A stretch of 64,000 nucleotides of DNA from positions 82,948-146,947 of the forward strand of contig CAYSHM010000005.1 of assembly GCA_964430885.1 (NCBI GenBank), given 5' to 3'. Positions 48,178 to 58,580 of this stretch are shown piece by piece. The first letter of the stretch is position 1; every line of letters starts with the position of its first letter. Made by a program: the position numbers and the translations under genes. Source of the DNA: an uncultured archaeon. GTDB lineage: Archaea > Thermoplasmatota > Penumbrarchaeia > JASLWR01. Under the pieces are notes generated by a model. It saw only the letters and a program-made list of their open reading frames with translations, ran no database searches and was not told the origin of the DNA.

Positions 48178-48732
48178 ATGGGGGAAAAAGATAAACAATT
48201 AGCAAATTATAACAAAATGTCTAAAAAGGAACTCATCAAAGCATTGAGCGATAAGGATCAAATAATTGATGATTTCAAATGCAAATTTGAAGAGCAGTGC
48301 GGATTAACTGAATCCAGCCTGCAGCAGAATGTCCGATTCCAGGCGGATCTCATTAACCTGAGGAAAAGACACCAGAAAGACAGGCAGAACCTTATGAGCA
48401 GTGTACGTGAGGACATACTTACGGAACTTATCCATATCAAAACAAACATTGATCGGGCCTTCTCCCAGATAGATAGCGCTAAGGATATGGAAGGGATCAA
48501 AAAGGGCATCAAGATGGTATCTATGCTGATGGAGATGTTTCTGAAAAATCAGGGAATGGAGGATATATCTCTGAAGGACATTCCCTTTGACCCCAACATG
48601 CATGATGCCGTTCTCACTATTGAAGATGATGTAAAGGAGGACATGGTGGTGGAAGTAATTGAAAAGGGCTACAGGATGGGCGATAAGGTGATTATACCCA
48701 TGAAAGCCAAGGTAGCAGTTCCTAAAGAATAG
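48178..48732 (+). CDS. grpE: Nucleotide exchange factor GrpE
   Basis: 184 aa. QADLINLRKRHQKDRQ (GrpE FENxRKR motif) and C-terminal FDPNMHDAV...KGYRMGDKVIIPMKAKV beta-domain. Confidence 0.7.
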   Translation: MGEKDKQLANYNKMSKKELIKALSDKDQIIDDFKCKFEEQCGLTESSLQQNVRFQADLINLRKRHQKDRQNLMSSVREDILTELIHIKTNIDRAFSQIDSAKDMEGIKKGIKMVSMLMEMFLKNQGMEDISLKDIPFDPNMHDAVLTIEDDVKEDMVVEVIEKGYRMGDKVIIPMKAKVAVPKE

Positions 48733-48797
48733 ACTAAAATAGCTTCAGTGGTTATAGAATACACCAGTAAAATATTACAACAAATTGGGATGAGCAG

Positions 48798-49964
48798 ATG
48801 GCAAGCAAGGATTACTATGAAATTCTGGGTGTGGAGAGAAATGCCACAGAGAAAGATATCACCCGGGCATATAGAAAGCTTGCAATGAAATATCATCCTG
48901 ACCGAAACCCTGATGATAACGGAGCTATTGAAAAGTTCAAGGAAGCTACCGAAGCCTATGAGGTTCTATCTGACTCGCAGAAAAAGAACCAGTATGATCA
49001 GTATGGGCATGTTAACGGTTTTGACATGGGCGGAGGTATGAGGATGGACAGTGCAATGGATATTTTTGAGCATCTGTTCAAGAATATGGGTTTCGGAGGG
49101 CCTTTTGGCGATATCGGAGGGAGGGCCGGAAATGATTTTTTTTCCGGATTCAGGACTGGAGGAAGTTCCCGTTCCCGGAGATCCGGCAGGATAGATGGAG
49201 AAGACGTCCGATTCGACATAGAAATTGACATATTTCAGGCTGCGGCAGGATATAAGAAGACCATAGAAGTGAAAACCCTTGGTCAATGTCTGGACTGCGA
49301 AGGTACCGGTCTTGGAGCTGAAGGTGAGATGGTGATCTGCCCCGACTGCGGAGGCACAGGCGAGATAAAAGAGGTCAAAAGAGCCGGATTCGCACAGATC
49401 GTCAATATCCAGGCCTGTCCTGAATGCAAGGGGGCGGGAGAGACCATTGAGGGCGAATGTGATAAGTGTAACGGACGCGGAAGAAAGCCCCAGAAAAGGA
49501 AGATAGCTATTGATATCCCGCCAGGTGTATCCGACAGCTCCAGCCTTCTATTGAAAGGGAAAGGGAATGCAGGTATAAAAGGAGGTTTTAATGGAGACCT
49601 ATATGTAATGGTGAACATACCTGAACATGAATTCTTCAAAAGAAGGGGAGACGACATACTTGCTGAACTCCCTATAACCATAGGTCAAGCCCTGCTTGGC
49701 GATACTATAAATGTCCCCACACTTCACGGTGAAAAGAAGGTCAAGATCAAACCTGGTACTGAACCGGATGAGATAATAAGCCTGAAGAACATGGGTATGC
49801 CTCATTTGAACAGGAAGGGAAACGGTGACATGTTCATCAGGATCTTCTTTGTTATGCCTGATAAATTAACACGTCAGCAGAAGAAACTGGCTAAACAATG
49901 GTGGGAATCCGAAAAAAAGGATCGGGGCGCTATCCATAAGGTGCTTAAGGATAAATCCGAATAA
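48798..49964 (+). CDS. dnaJ: Chaperone DnaJ (type I: J-domain, G/F region, 4x CxxCxGxG zinc finger, C-terminal domains)
   Basis: DYYEILGV...[14 protein letters not shown] with HPD. Gly/Phe-rich linker. [32 protein letters not shown] zinc-finger repeats. Confidence 0.9.
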   Translation: MASKDYYEILGVERNATEKDITRAYRKLAMKYHPDRNPDDNGAIEKFKEATEAYEVLSDSQKKNQYDQYGHVNGFDMGGGMRMDSAMDIFEHLFKNMGFGGPFGDIGGRAGNDFFSGFRTGGSSRSRRSGRIDGEDVRFDIEIDIFQAAAGYKKTIEVKTLGQCLDCEGTGLGAEGEMVICPDCGGTGEIKEVKRAGFAQIVNIQACPECKGAGETIEGECDKCNGRGRKPQKRKIAIDIPPGVSDSSSLLLKGKGNAGIKGGFNGDLYVMVNIPEHEFFKRRGDDILAELPITIGQALLGDTINVPTLHGEKKVKIKPGTEPDEIISLKNMGMPHLNRKGNGDMFIRIFFVMPDKLTRQQKKLAKQWWESEKKDRGAIHKVLKDKSE

Positions 49965-49979
49965 TAAAATTAAATTCAC

Positions 49980-50000
49980 TTAATTTATTTTTTTTATTAT
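49980..50000 (+). terminator. Oligo-T tract downstream of dnaJ (archaeal-type intrinsic terminator candidate)
   Basis: tttatttttttttatta begins ~20 nt after the dnaJ stop codon. Confidence 0.35.
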
Positions 50001-50166
50001 ATTATTAATAATCATATCCACCAATCATTTTTTATTAAAATAGTAAAAAAATTAAATAGCAATTTTTCGATTGGATGCATAAAGTTTATTAAACTTAAAT
50101 ATCATATCAAAAGCTGAATTTATCTAGTATTTTACCTATAATAAATGAATATATTCGGGTGATTAT

Positions 50167-53100
50167 GTGGATCGGAAATGGTTAACAATTACAATAACTA
50201 CCATAATTTTCCTTCTTCTGGGTTCAAATCTCGGAGGTATAAGGACTGATAATGGCACGGAAAAAAAAAATATTGAAATTTTGAACTCATCTTTACAAAT
50301 TTCTAATGCCTTTTCTGAAGGACAAGATAAATCAGATCAAATGTACCGAGATGCACCTGGTGACAATTACGGGGGAGAATGGTTTCAAACTGATGAAGCT
50401 GATTTTGATTCAGGAATATTTAATGGAATATCCTTCAATGACAGCAAAGGCAATTCCAGATTGGAATTGGAACAAAATTCTAGCAAATGGAAAAATATGA
50501 ATCCAGCAAATCGACCTGGAGCTAGGCAGGGAACTTCAATGGTATATGACCCCATCAATGATCGGGTTGTTCTTTTCGGTGGATTCAACGGTAATTATCT
50601 TGATGATACTTGGGAATATGACCTAGTAAACAACACTTGGATTAACATCAATCCCAATCCTGCACCGACACCTCGAAGGCAGCATTCCATGGTATATGAT
50701 AGTGTCAACCGGAAAATTGTCCTATTCGGTGGGTGGAGATATCCCGATAATAAATATGATACCTGGGTGTATGATGTAGGGACAAAAATTTGGACTCCTA
50801 AAAACCCTGACCCCCATCCCGAGGGAAGAAGATCATTCTCAATGGCTTTTGATGATACTTCAGGAAAAACAGTACTTTACGGGGGTGAAAAAGGCGGAAC
50901 GCGAACTGGAAACAAATTAAATGATACCTGGACTTATGATTTGACTACAAATACTTGGTTGGAAAAGCATCCTGGAAATCCACCTGAAGGCCGTGGAGGG
51001 GCAATAGCTGCTTTTGATCCCAATAACAGTAAAACCACTATCTTTTCCGGAACTGTTGGATACGATGCCCAAGTAGGTGATCTTGTGGATGAATTGTGGA
51101 CGTATGATCTAAATCAAAACCAGTGGGCGGAGAAAATTTTGTCTTCGGGACCAATAGGTATGCACAGTCCAAGAATGATATATGATGAATGGAATGACGG
51201 AATACTGTTATTCGGCGGATATAATGGAACCTTTTTTGATGATACCTGGATATATAATTGCAGCAGTGAGGAATGGCTCAGAGTATTTACCGATAATGCA
51301 CCCAGTGCGAGAAACTCATTCGGATTCACATACAATAACAATGCAAATCTAGGAATATTATTCGGAGGAAATAATAATAATTACTTAAGAGATACTTGGG
51401 TTTTCCGATCAGCCCAGTATGAAACAAATGGTAATTATACTTCTGAAATTATAGATATATCATCTCACTACAAATGGAGTAAATTCAGCATCCAAAAAAA
51501 GGAGTATGATAATAATAGGATCAATGTTTCTATTTATGATGCAGATACAGGGATGGCATTTGAAGGATTGGATGATATCACTGATGATGAGGCTGATTTA
51601 ACATTATTAAATGAAATGGACGTTTCCTCCATCTATTTGAAAGCCTTTTTTAAGGGAGACGGAAAAAATTCGCCTCTTTTGGAATCGTGGGGTGTTGATT
51701 GGAGTATTAAAGAAGGTTGGTGGGACGGTTTCATAGGGGATAGCAAGATAGATTCCATTAATAGCTCTTTACCAAAGAAATTTGTCGCCGATCAAGATAC
51801 ATTCGGGCTCTGGCATTTCAATGAGGTTGATGGTGATAATGCATTTGATTCAAGCAATAATGGTAATACTATTTCCCTACAAAATACTGATGATGACATA
51901 TGGCAATATGGTCGTTTTTCAAATGGGATTTGGACCGATGGAGTTAATGATTATGGCAAACTCAGTTCTAATAATTTCAAGGTTCAGCCTTTCTCAATTG
52001 GAGTTTGGATAAAAACTTTCGGTAAAGACCAGCAATTAGTTTCTTATGCAAATGCCAATAGTTACTATGGATGGAGAGTCAGGCTGACAAGTGATGGTAA
52101 GATCAGTTTTCATCTAGCTAACAGCGTTGGAACGGCAATTGCATATGTTGAATCGCTCTCCCAAGTAAATGATGGTGAATGGCATCAACTGTTCTGTGTG
52201 GACGATGGAAATGACCTGAAAATATATATTGATGGCAAAATTGAAGGAACCTCCAGTTCCACCAATGCTGCTTGGGGATCCAATATGAGATTATATTTAG
52301 GAGCTTCAAGACCTGAAAGTCCCTTGGCCAATAAATGGTGGAAAGGTGCCATAGATGAGCTTTGGCTTATCAGCAGGGCTCTAACATACAACGATATTGT
52401 TGGTCACTATTACCCCGGTTTAACCAATTACGATTATAAAATCATTATGTTAAGGAAAGATTTCGGACCCATGATGGACTGCAGCTGCTACTGGGGATTT
52501 GATGAAGGAGTTGGCGATACATTAACGGATTCGACCCCTGATCAAATAAACGGGTCGTGCATAAACATGGACCAAAACAATTGGGTCCAAAGTATTCAGG
52601 ATACTGGGCTATCTTTCGATGGTACTGAAGAATATGTTGATCTCCCTGAAGGGGACAACATTTTCAATATTCAAAGGGATTTTACAATAAATACAATAAT
52701 AAAACCCAACAGGTTAAATCATCCAACAACCCAGGAAATAATTGATATTAATTACTGGAATTCGGACGCTCATATAGGTAATGGGATATCAATCCAGATT
52801 GGCGGCAATCAAAATCAGTTAACTGCCAATTTATTTCTTCAGGATGATGGAGATGGGGAACGATATGGGCTGACTTCCAACCTTGCCCTCCAAGTAGGGG
52901 AAATTTATTTTGTCACATTGAAAAGGGATAATGACATATTAAGTTTTTACTTCAATGGAATATTAGATAATTCAGTGATGATTTCATCTAATGATGTTAT
53001 GTTTACGGTGAACCGTGCTGATATCACTGGTGATTATAATACCATCGGCATGTTTCACAGACAGGACGGGAATATTTATTGGCATTTTCAAGGTATGTTA

Positions 53101-55494
53101 GATGAAATGTCCATCTATAATAGGCCTCTATCCAATCAAGAGATTATCCGAGAATCTAGATTGTATCGGCTTACTTCACAAGTAAGATCTGAAACTATCA
53201 CTCTACCAGAAAACAGTACTTGGAATTCCTTCTACTGCAATAGAGACATCCCTCAGGATAGTTTTTTGAACATATCCGTATTAAATGCCAGCAATGATGA
53301 GGTCATTTATGTGAATGAACAAAGCTCAGGAGAATTCATTTGGGATATGACAACATTACCCTCTCCAGGACCAAAGGAGATTTACCTTATTGCAGACCTG
53401 CGATCTACATTATGGGATACCCCCATTCTTCATTCGTGGGGAGTCAACTGGACTGTGGAAGAAGTTAATAACACACCTGATAAACCAGTTTTACTTCTAA
53501 ATATACCAAATATCCTTGTCGATGAAGATTCACATGATCAAAACCTAATGGACCTTTCACTATTCTACAATGACTCCTATGCTGGTATTCAGCCATCTGC
53601 CTACGATATCTCAAATGTATCTGACAATGATCATATCCGGCTACTAGTCAATGGTAGTTATCTCCATTTACTATGGCTGGCAGACAATTGGACTGGAAAT
53701 GTATCTGTTATTGTTAACTGTACCAATTACTTCAATATTTCCACTCCCAGCAACACATTCATTATTCAAATAACGAATGTTAACGATCCACCAACATGGT
53801 TATCCCAGCCTCAAAGAATAGAGGTGGATGAAGATAATAGCACAAGCACTATTTATTCCCTGGATGAATATGCTCTAGACGTTGATTCCTCAACCTTATC
53901 TTTCTCAATAGAATCTTTCGATGAAAATATCAGTGCTACCCTTACCAACGATAATCGAGTTGAAATAACCTCAATGAATAATTTTACTGGTAATACATCC
54001 ATTACAGCAGGCGTAAGGGATAATGAATACAATAAAACCATCCTTGTTGAAATACCAGTAGTAGTCAATCCTGTAAATGATAAACCAATCTGCACTTTGA
54101 ATTATCCTGTGGATGGTGCAATTATAAACGGGCCGTTGATCACACTCACATGGAATACTGAGGATGTGGATGATCCGTTAGAGGATATATTATATGACCT
54201 TTACTTAGGTGTAGATCCAAATCCTCCTTTATATCAAAGCAGCATCACCAAGACCAATTTTACATTTACAGAATTAAAGAGTAATACCACATATTATTGG
54301 AAAGTAATCCCCTTCGACAGTGAAAGTGTTGGCATATGCAGGAATGGTACGAACTCATTCAGGATAAGCATGGAAGATAATATCCCGTACACTGAATTGA
54401 TCTATCCTGAAAACAACACCAATCTACAAACAAATTATGTAACCCTTCGATGGGAAAAACTAGATTGGGATCTAAATATATACTACAACATATATCTGGG
54501 AAACTCCAAAGAAGAATTATTTGAAATAATTACAATAAAAGAAAACCATTTCAATCTTTCTGGAATTGAGGAAAACAAGATATATTACTGGCAAGTTATA
54601 CCTGAAATCAGGTTCAATCAAACAAATGTGTTAGAAGGGATCTGTCAAAGCGGTGTATGGCAGTTCTCAACTATCAGGGAAAGTGAGGTCACATACTCCT
54701 TGACGCTTGCCCGAAATGAAATTCAAATCGCCCCTGGAGGAATAACAACAATAAATATAACTCTGACTAATACCTGCCCTATTGACCTATTAATAAATAT
54801 CAGCGTTTCCGGGGAACTTTCAGATAGTTTTAATTTTCCCAAAAATATTCCTCTTGACGAAGATGCGGTGAAAATTGTAACAATTACTGTAAACATCAGC
54901 AGTTCAGCTCTTGAAAAAGAATACCCTCATATTATCATGACTGAAAGCCGAAATGTTAAACATTCGGAATTGTTCACTTTAACTGTGAAACAAGAGAATC
55001 AGGATATTGACGAAGAAAACAAGAAATCCGACGATCAAGGCTTCAAAGTATGGATAATTATTTTGATCATATGCATCCTTCTTTTGATAATTGCCGGAAT
55101 TGTCATTTTTTTATTATTAAGAAATAAAAAGCAAAAGGAAGTGGAAACCCCTGATCATGCTGAAAATTATGATAACATAGACCCTATAGATCATGGGACC
55201 AATGAGGGACATATGCCAGGAAATGATGGAGGAGTATTTAATCATCCAATCGATCATGAGGTTCATTCTGAAGAACCAGGATCAAACCAGAAACAAGTGC
55301 TGCCTCTACCCCCTCCCCCAGCCGGTCCAAATAATAGCAATATTAATAAATCTGCTGGTTCTGAAACCGCCCCAACTGAATTGAACCTTCAATGCCATGG
55401 ATGCGGAAGTGATTACAGCACTTTAACCACCGAATTTCCGGTCATAGTCACTTGCCCCCACTGCGGAGTCAAAGGAGAGATTGATTCCTATTAA
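50167..55494 (+). CDS. Secreted type-I surface protein: Kelch beta-propeller + 2 LamG/ConA-like lectin domains + Fn3-like (YYW) repeats + TM + Pro-rich cytoplasmic tail ending in a zinc ribbon
   Basis: GTG start with a GGGTGA SD. Signal peptide TITITTIIFLLLGSNLGG. Six or more Kelch units (VLFGGFNGNYLDDTWEYD, VLFGGWRY...DTWVYD, VLYGGEKGG...DTWTYD, LLFGGYNGTFFDDTWIYN, ILFGGNNNNYLRDTWVF). LamG-like GEWHQLFCVDDGNDLKIYIDG and WKGAIDELWLISRAL blocks. TTYYWKVIPFD and KIYYWQVIPEI repeats. TM VWIIILIICILLLIIAGIVIFLLL. Tail LPLPPPPAGP ... CHGCGSDY...CPHCG. Confidence 0.7.
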   Translation: MDRKWLTITITTIIFLLLGSNLGGIRTDNGTEKKNIEILNSSLQISNAFSEGQDKSDQMYRDAPGDNYGGEWFQTDEADFDSGIFNGISFNDSKGNSRLELEQNSSKWKNMNPANRPGARQGTSMVYDPINDRVVLFGGFNGNYLDDTWEYDLVNNTWININPNPAPTPRRQHSMVYDSVNRKIVLFGGWRYPDNKYDTWVYDVGTKIWTPKNPDPHPEGRRSFSMAFDDTSGKTVLYGGEKGGTRTGNKLNDTWTYDLTTNTWLEKHPGNPPEGRGGAIAAFDPNNSKTTIFSGTVGYDAQVGDLVDELWTYDLNQNQWAEKILSSGPIGMHSPRMIYDEWNDGILLFGGYNGTFFDDTWIYNCSSEEWLRVFTDNAPSARNSFGFTYNNNANLGILFGGNNNNYLRDTWVFRSAQYETNGNYTSEIIDISSHYKWSKFSIQKKEYDNNRINVSIYDADTGMAFEGLDDITDDEADLTLLNEMDVSSIYLKAFFKGDGKNSPLLESWGVDWSIKEGWWDGFIGDSKIDSINSSLPKKFVADQDTFGLWHFNEVDGDNAFDSSNNGNTISLQNTDDDIWQYGRFSNGIWTDGVNDYGKLSSNNFKVQPFSIGVWIKTFGKDQQLVSYANANSYYGWRVRLTSDGKISFHLANSVGTAIAYVESLSQVNDGEWHQLFCVDDGNDLKIYIDGKIEGTSSSTNAAWGSNMRLYLGASRPESPLANKWWKGAIDELWLISRALTYNDIVGHYYPGLTNYDYKIIMLRKDFGPMMDCSCYWGFDEGVGDTLTDSTPDQINGSCINMDQNNWVQSIQDTGLSFDGTEEYVDLPEGDNIFNIQRDFTINTIIKPNRLNHPTTQEIIDINYWNSDAHIGNGISIQIGGNQNQLTANLFLQDDGDGERYGLTSNLALQVGEIYFVTLKRDNDILSFYFNGILDNSVMISSNDVMFTVNRADITGDYNTIGMFHRQDGNIYWHFQGMLDEMSIYNRPLSNQEIIRESRLYRLTSQVRSETITLPENSTWNSFYCNRDIPQDSFLNISVLNASNDEVIYVNEQSSGEFIWDMTTLPSPGPKEIYLIADLRSTLWDTPILHSWGVNWTVEEVNNTPDKPVLLLNIPNILVDEDSHDQNLMDLSLFYNDSYAGIQPSAYDISNVSDNDHIRLLVNGSYLHLLWLADNWTGNVSVIVNCTNYFNISTPSNTFIIQITNVNDPPTWLSQPQRIEVDEDNSTSTIYSLDEYALDVDSSTLSFSIESFDENISATLTNDNRVEITSMNNFTGNTSITAGVRDNEYNKTILVEIPVVVNPVNDKPICTLNYPVDGAIINGPLITLTWNTEDVDDPLEDILYDLYLGVDPNPPLYQSSITKTNFTFTELKSNTTYYWKVIPFDSESVGICRNGTNSFRISMEDNIPYTELIYPENNTNLQTNYVTLRWEKLDWDLNIYYNIYLGNSKEELFEIITIKENHFNLSGIEENKIYYWQVIPEIRFNQTNVLEGICQSGVWQFSTIRESEVTYSLTLARNEIQIAPGGITTINITLTNTCPIDLLINISVSGELSDSFNFPKNIPLDEDAVKIVTITVNISSSALEKEYPHIIMTESRNVKHSELFTLTVKQENQDIDEENKKSDDQGFKVWIIILIICILLLIIAGIVIFLLLRNKKQKEVETPDHAENYDNIDPIDHGTNEGHMPGNDGGVFNHPIDHEVHSEEPGSNQKQVLPLPPPPAGPNNSNINKSAGSETAPTELNLQCHGCGSDYSTLTTEFPVIVTCPHCGVKGEIDSY

Positions 55495-55587
55495 TTATCG
55501 AAATATTTCTTGGTTATGGGTTAAGGCTTGATCATTTTGCCAACCTAACAGTGATAGTGCGATTCTAAAAAAGTTCATCATTTTCAT

Positions 55588-56829
55588 ATGATAAAACAAT
55601 TTTTCCCCTATCAAAACATCAAAAATCTTAACAATACTGGAATAAATACATTTATAGTTCATAGTGGCTCATTAAGTATTACACACCAGACTTCAGATTT
55701 CAGCAGCATGAAACAGGTGAATATGGATATGAAAAAGGATATCAAGGTATTATTTATGCAGAATAATATCTGTACGAGGGCCTGGAAAGAAGCAAAGGCC
55801 TTGACCCAAAAGGGAATATCCGTATCTCTGGTAGAGCTCGATGAAAGCACAGATAATATGGATTATTCCATTTTCCATAAGCATTTCCATATTCCTCTAA
55901 AGAAAAAATACACTGTGACCCGGTTACCCTATGCAAAATATGTATTTATAAAACACCTGAAAAAGATCCTGAAGGAACATGAATTCGACCTTATACATTC
56001 TCACAACAGTCCGGATGTTTATGCAGTATGGATCAAAAGGAGTTCCAATCTGCCAGTTGTTCATGATATTCACGATATTGCCAGTTTGGTCACATATGAA
56101 TTCTTTTCCAATAATGCAGCTAACCAATTGTTCAGACTAGCAAGACTTTACTGGGAGCTTATTGCTTGTAATATTTGCGATGCAATTCTATCGCCTACTC
56201 AGGAAACAAAAGATTATCTGGATAAAAAATACAACATCAGGAGGTCGGCTTTTGTAAATAACAAACCAATAAAACAGGATGTTATTGTGAAAGAAAAACT
56301 ATCAAAAAGAGATGGCCAGGTACATCTTGTTTACGAAGGCGGGCTCAGTGAGATCGAGAAGACCGAACGTAATATGATGCCAATATTCAATGAGATAGGA
56401 AGCTGGGAAGGCTATCAGGTACATATCTATTCAAAACCTGTGGGGAGAATTGGATTAGAGAAGATCGAAGAGCAGATAAAGTATCCTAATAAAATACACA
56501 TGCACCAACCACTCCCATTGGATAAATTACTGACAGAAATGACACAGTATGATTACGGATTATGCTTATTTCCCATAATGACAGGGAATCTCAGGCGGGC
56601 TTCAGCAAATAAAACATACGAATACCAGATATCCGGCCTGCCAATTATCAATAATCTGGAGGGGCACACCTGGAAATATATAAAGGAAAAGGGCTGCGGA
56701 AGGAATATCCATAAAATCAAAGATATTAAAAAAATCGTCAAGGAGAAAAATGAATATAATTTGGATACCGGTGACTGTTTTATTAATATAGATACGGTAT
56801 TGGAATTGTATGAAAAGGTACTGGAATAA
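55588..56829 (+). CDS. Glycosyltransferase, GT4-like (GT-B fold); start codon uncertain (alternatives 55708-55729)
   Basis: C-terminal NKTYEYQISGLPII block resembles the GT4 sugar-donor-binding region (cf. nKlfEYmaaGlPvi). Confidence 0.5.
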   Translation: MIKQFFPYQNIKNLNNTGINTFIVHSGSLSITHQTSDFSSMKQVNMDMKKDIKVLFMQNNICTRAWKEAKALTQKGISVSLVELDESTDNMDYSIFHKHFHIPLKKKYTVTRLPYAKYVFIKHLKKILKEHEFDLIHSHNSPDVYAVWIKRSSNLPVVHDIHDIASLVTYEFFSNNAANQLFRLARLYWELIACNICDAILSPTQETKDYLDKKYNIRRSAFVNNKPIKQDVIVKEKLSKRDGQVHLVYEGGLSEIEKTERNMMPIFNEIGSWEGYQVHIYSKPVGRIGLEKIEEQIKYPNKIHMHQPLPLDKLLTEMTQYDYGLCLFPIMTGNLRRASANKTYEYQISGLPIINNLEGHTWKYIKEKGCGRNIHKIKDIKKIVKEKNEYNLDTGDCFINIDTVLELYEKVLE

Positions 56830-56876
56830 ACCCTAAATGGATCCAGCTGGAAAAAAGATATTAAAATGGTGAAAAA

Positions 56877-57635
56877 ATGGCGCTACCATTGATAGAGATC
56901 TACAACAAATTCCCAAATTTTATCAAATGGCCCATTATCAAGCTGGCACTGTCCTCCAAAAAGGTTAAGATCAAATGGTCAAAGAAGATCAATTTATTCA
57001 GAAAAATCAATGGAAAAATGCAGGTTTCCATTACCGGAAAAAAAGGCTGCAGGATAAGAAGGAACTGCGAGATAAAAGCTCAATTATCCATGGAAGAAGA
57101 TGTCCTGATCGATGAGGGGTGCCGCATCATTGGGGGACCGATACTTATTGGAAAGGGAACAAACCTATTGAAAGAGTCAGAGGTTATGGGACAAGTAAAG
57201 ATAGGCAGGTACTGCGCGATTGCACGCAAGAACGTATTTCAGGCATTGAATCATCCTACAAATATGGCTTCAATGCAGAGGGGTTTCTATACAAAACAAT
57301 TCAAAAAGGCCATTCCTACAATAACCAAGGGAGGGATCGTGATCGGGAATGATGTGTGGCTGGGCACACAATGCATCATACTGCCGGGAGTAAAGATAGG
57401 GGATGGAGCTGTAATAGGGGCCGGATCAATAGTGACCAAAGATGTCGAGCCCTATTCAGTTGTTGCAGGGATCCCTGCAAAAAAAATCAAATACCGGTTT
57501 GATAAAAATAAGATAAAGCAGTTATTGAGAATTAAATGGTGGAACTGGAGCGACAATAAGATCAAGAAAAATAAAAAATTCTTCTTTGAAAATCTTGAGA
57601 TGGTTGAAGACTTGTCATCCATAATAAAAAAATAA
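56877..57635 (+). CDS. Left-handed beta-helix (hexapeptide-repeat) acyl/acetyltransferase
   Basis: [47 protein letters not shown] hexapeptide repeats typical of sugar O-/N-acetyltransferases. Confidence 0.75.
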   Translation: MALPLIEIYNKFPNFIKWPIIKLALSSKKVKIKWSKKINLFRKINGKMQVSITGKKGCRIRRNCEIKAQLSMEEDVLIDEGCRIIGGPILIGKGTNLLKESEVMGQVKIGRYCAIARKNVFQALNHPTNMASMQRGFYTKQFKKAIPTITKGGIVIGNDVWLGTQCIILPGVKIGDGAVIGAGSIVTKDVEPYSVVAGIPAKKIKYRFDKNKIKQLLRIKWWNWSDNKIKKNKKFFFENLEMVEDLSSIIKK

Positions 57636-57680
57636 ATACTGAAAAGTCATCTGTGAACTAAAATATTACTTAAGAGAAGG

Positions 57681-58577
57681 ATGAAAATGAAACTGAAGAA
57701 TATTGCTGGCTTTATTAAGAAGATCATATCCGTAAACATTCAGGTCTTCAAGGATCTGAAGTCTCAAAAAAAGTTGCCTGAATCCAGGAAGATCAATTAT
57801 AGAAATTTTTACAATGATCTGCATGAAGAATATTCTCCGGCTTTCCTTCTCTCAACAGGCAGATGCGGAACAAAACTATTAACAAATATGATGGAAGAAA
57901 AACCACGGATAATTGTGGAACATACCCCTCGGCCAGAACTAATATATTATTCCAAATTTGCCTATGAGAACAAAGAGGACAATAAGACCTTGGAACATAT
58001 ACTTGATGCTTCAAGATTTGATGTGTTCCATCACGGTTATCTTTATAATAAAAAATATTTCGAGACAAATAACAGAATAACTTTTTTTGCTCCAGCGATC
58101 AGCACACTTTATCCAAAATCCAAATTCATACATCTGGTTAGGCATCCAGGTGTTTTTGTCCGGAGCGGGATACGCAGGAAATGGTACATGGGTGCCTCTA
58201 ATCATGATATGGGCCGGATAGTCCCTGTAGATGGGAATATTCCATGGAAAAAAATGAACGATATTGAGAAGATAGGCTGGCTCTGGAACGAAACAAACCA
58301 GTTTGTTGAGGATTTCAAAGAGAAGCTTCAGGACAAGAGTAGATGCATCACGGTTAAAGCTGAGGATATGTTCACAAATCCAGATACAATTATAGAAATA
58401 TTCAAACACCTAGGTCTAAAAGCACCTCCTAAAAAAGAAATAGTCCTAAATATTTCAAAACCTGTCAATGTTCAGAGAAGCGGGGATTTTCCAGAATATG
58501 AAAAATGGTCCACGGATAAAAAGAGACAACTGAAGAAATGGGCTCCCTTAGCGGGCAAGTATAACTATGAGCTGTGA
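57681..58577 (+). CDS. Sulfotransferase-family-like protein (putative PAPS-dependent)
   Basis: LSTGRCGTKLL resembles the 5'-phosphosulfate-binding loop (K/R-x-G-T/S-T/S). LVRHPGVFVRSG resembles the 3'-phosphate-binding R...S motif. Confidence 0.45.
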   Translation: MKMKLKNIAGFIKKIISVNIQVFKDLKSQKKLPESRKINYRNFYNDLHEEYSPAFLLSTGRCGTKLLTNMMEEKPRIIVEHTPRPELIYYSKFAYENKEDNKTLEHILDASRFDVFHHGYLYNKKYFETNNRITFFAPAISTLYPKSKFIHLVRHPGVFVRSGIRRKWYMGASNHDMGRIVPVDGNIPWKKMNDIEKIGWLWNETNQFVEDFKEKLQDKSRCITVKAEDMFTNPDTIIEIFKHLGLKAPPKKEIVLNISKPVNVQRSGDFPEYEKWSTDKKRQLKKWAPLAGKYNYEL

Positions 58578-58580
58578 CAC

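Noticed and set aside
49965-50166. Very AT-rich 200-bp spacer considered as a possible small RNA gene or origin-like element
   Set aside because: No inverted-repeat or ORB-like structure is recognisable. It is adequately explained as the dnaJ oligo-T terminator plus the promoter/SD of the Kelch surface-protein gene.
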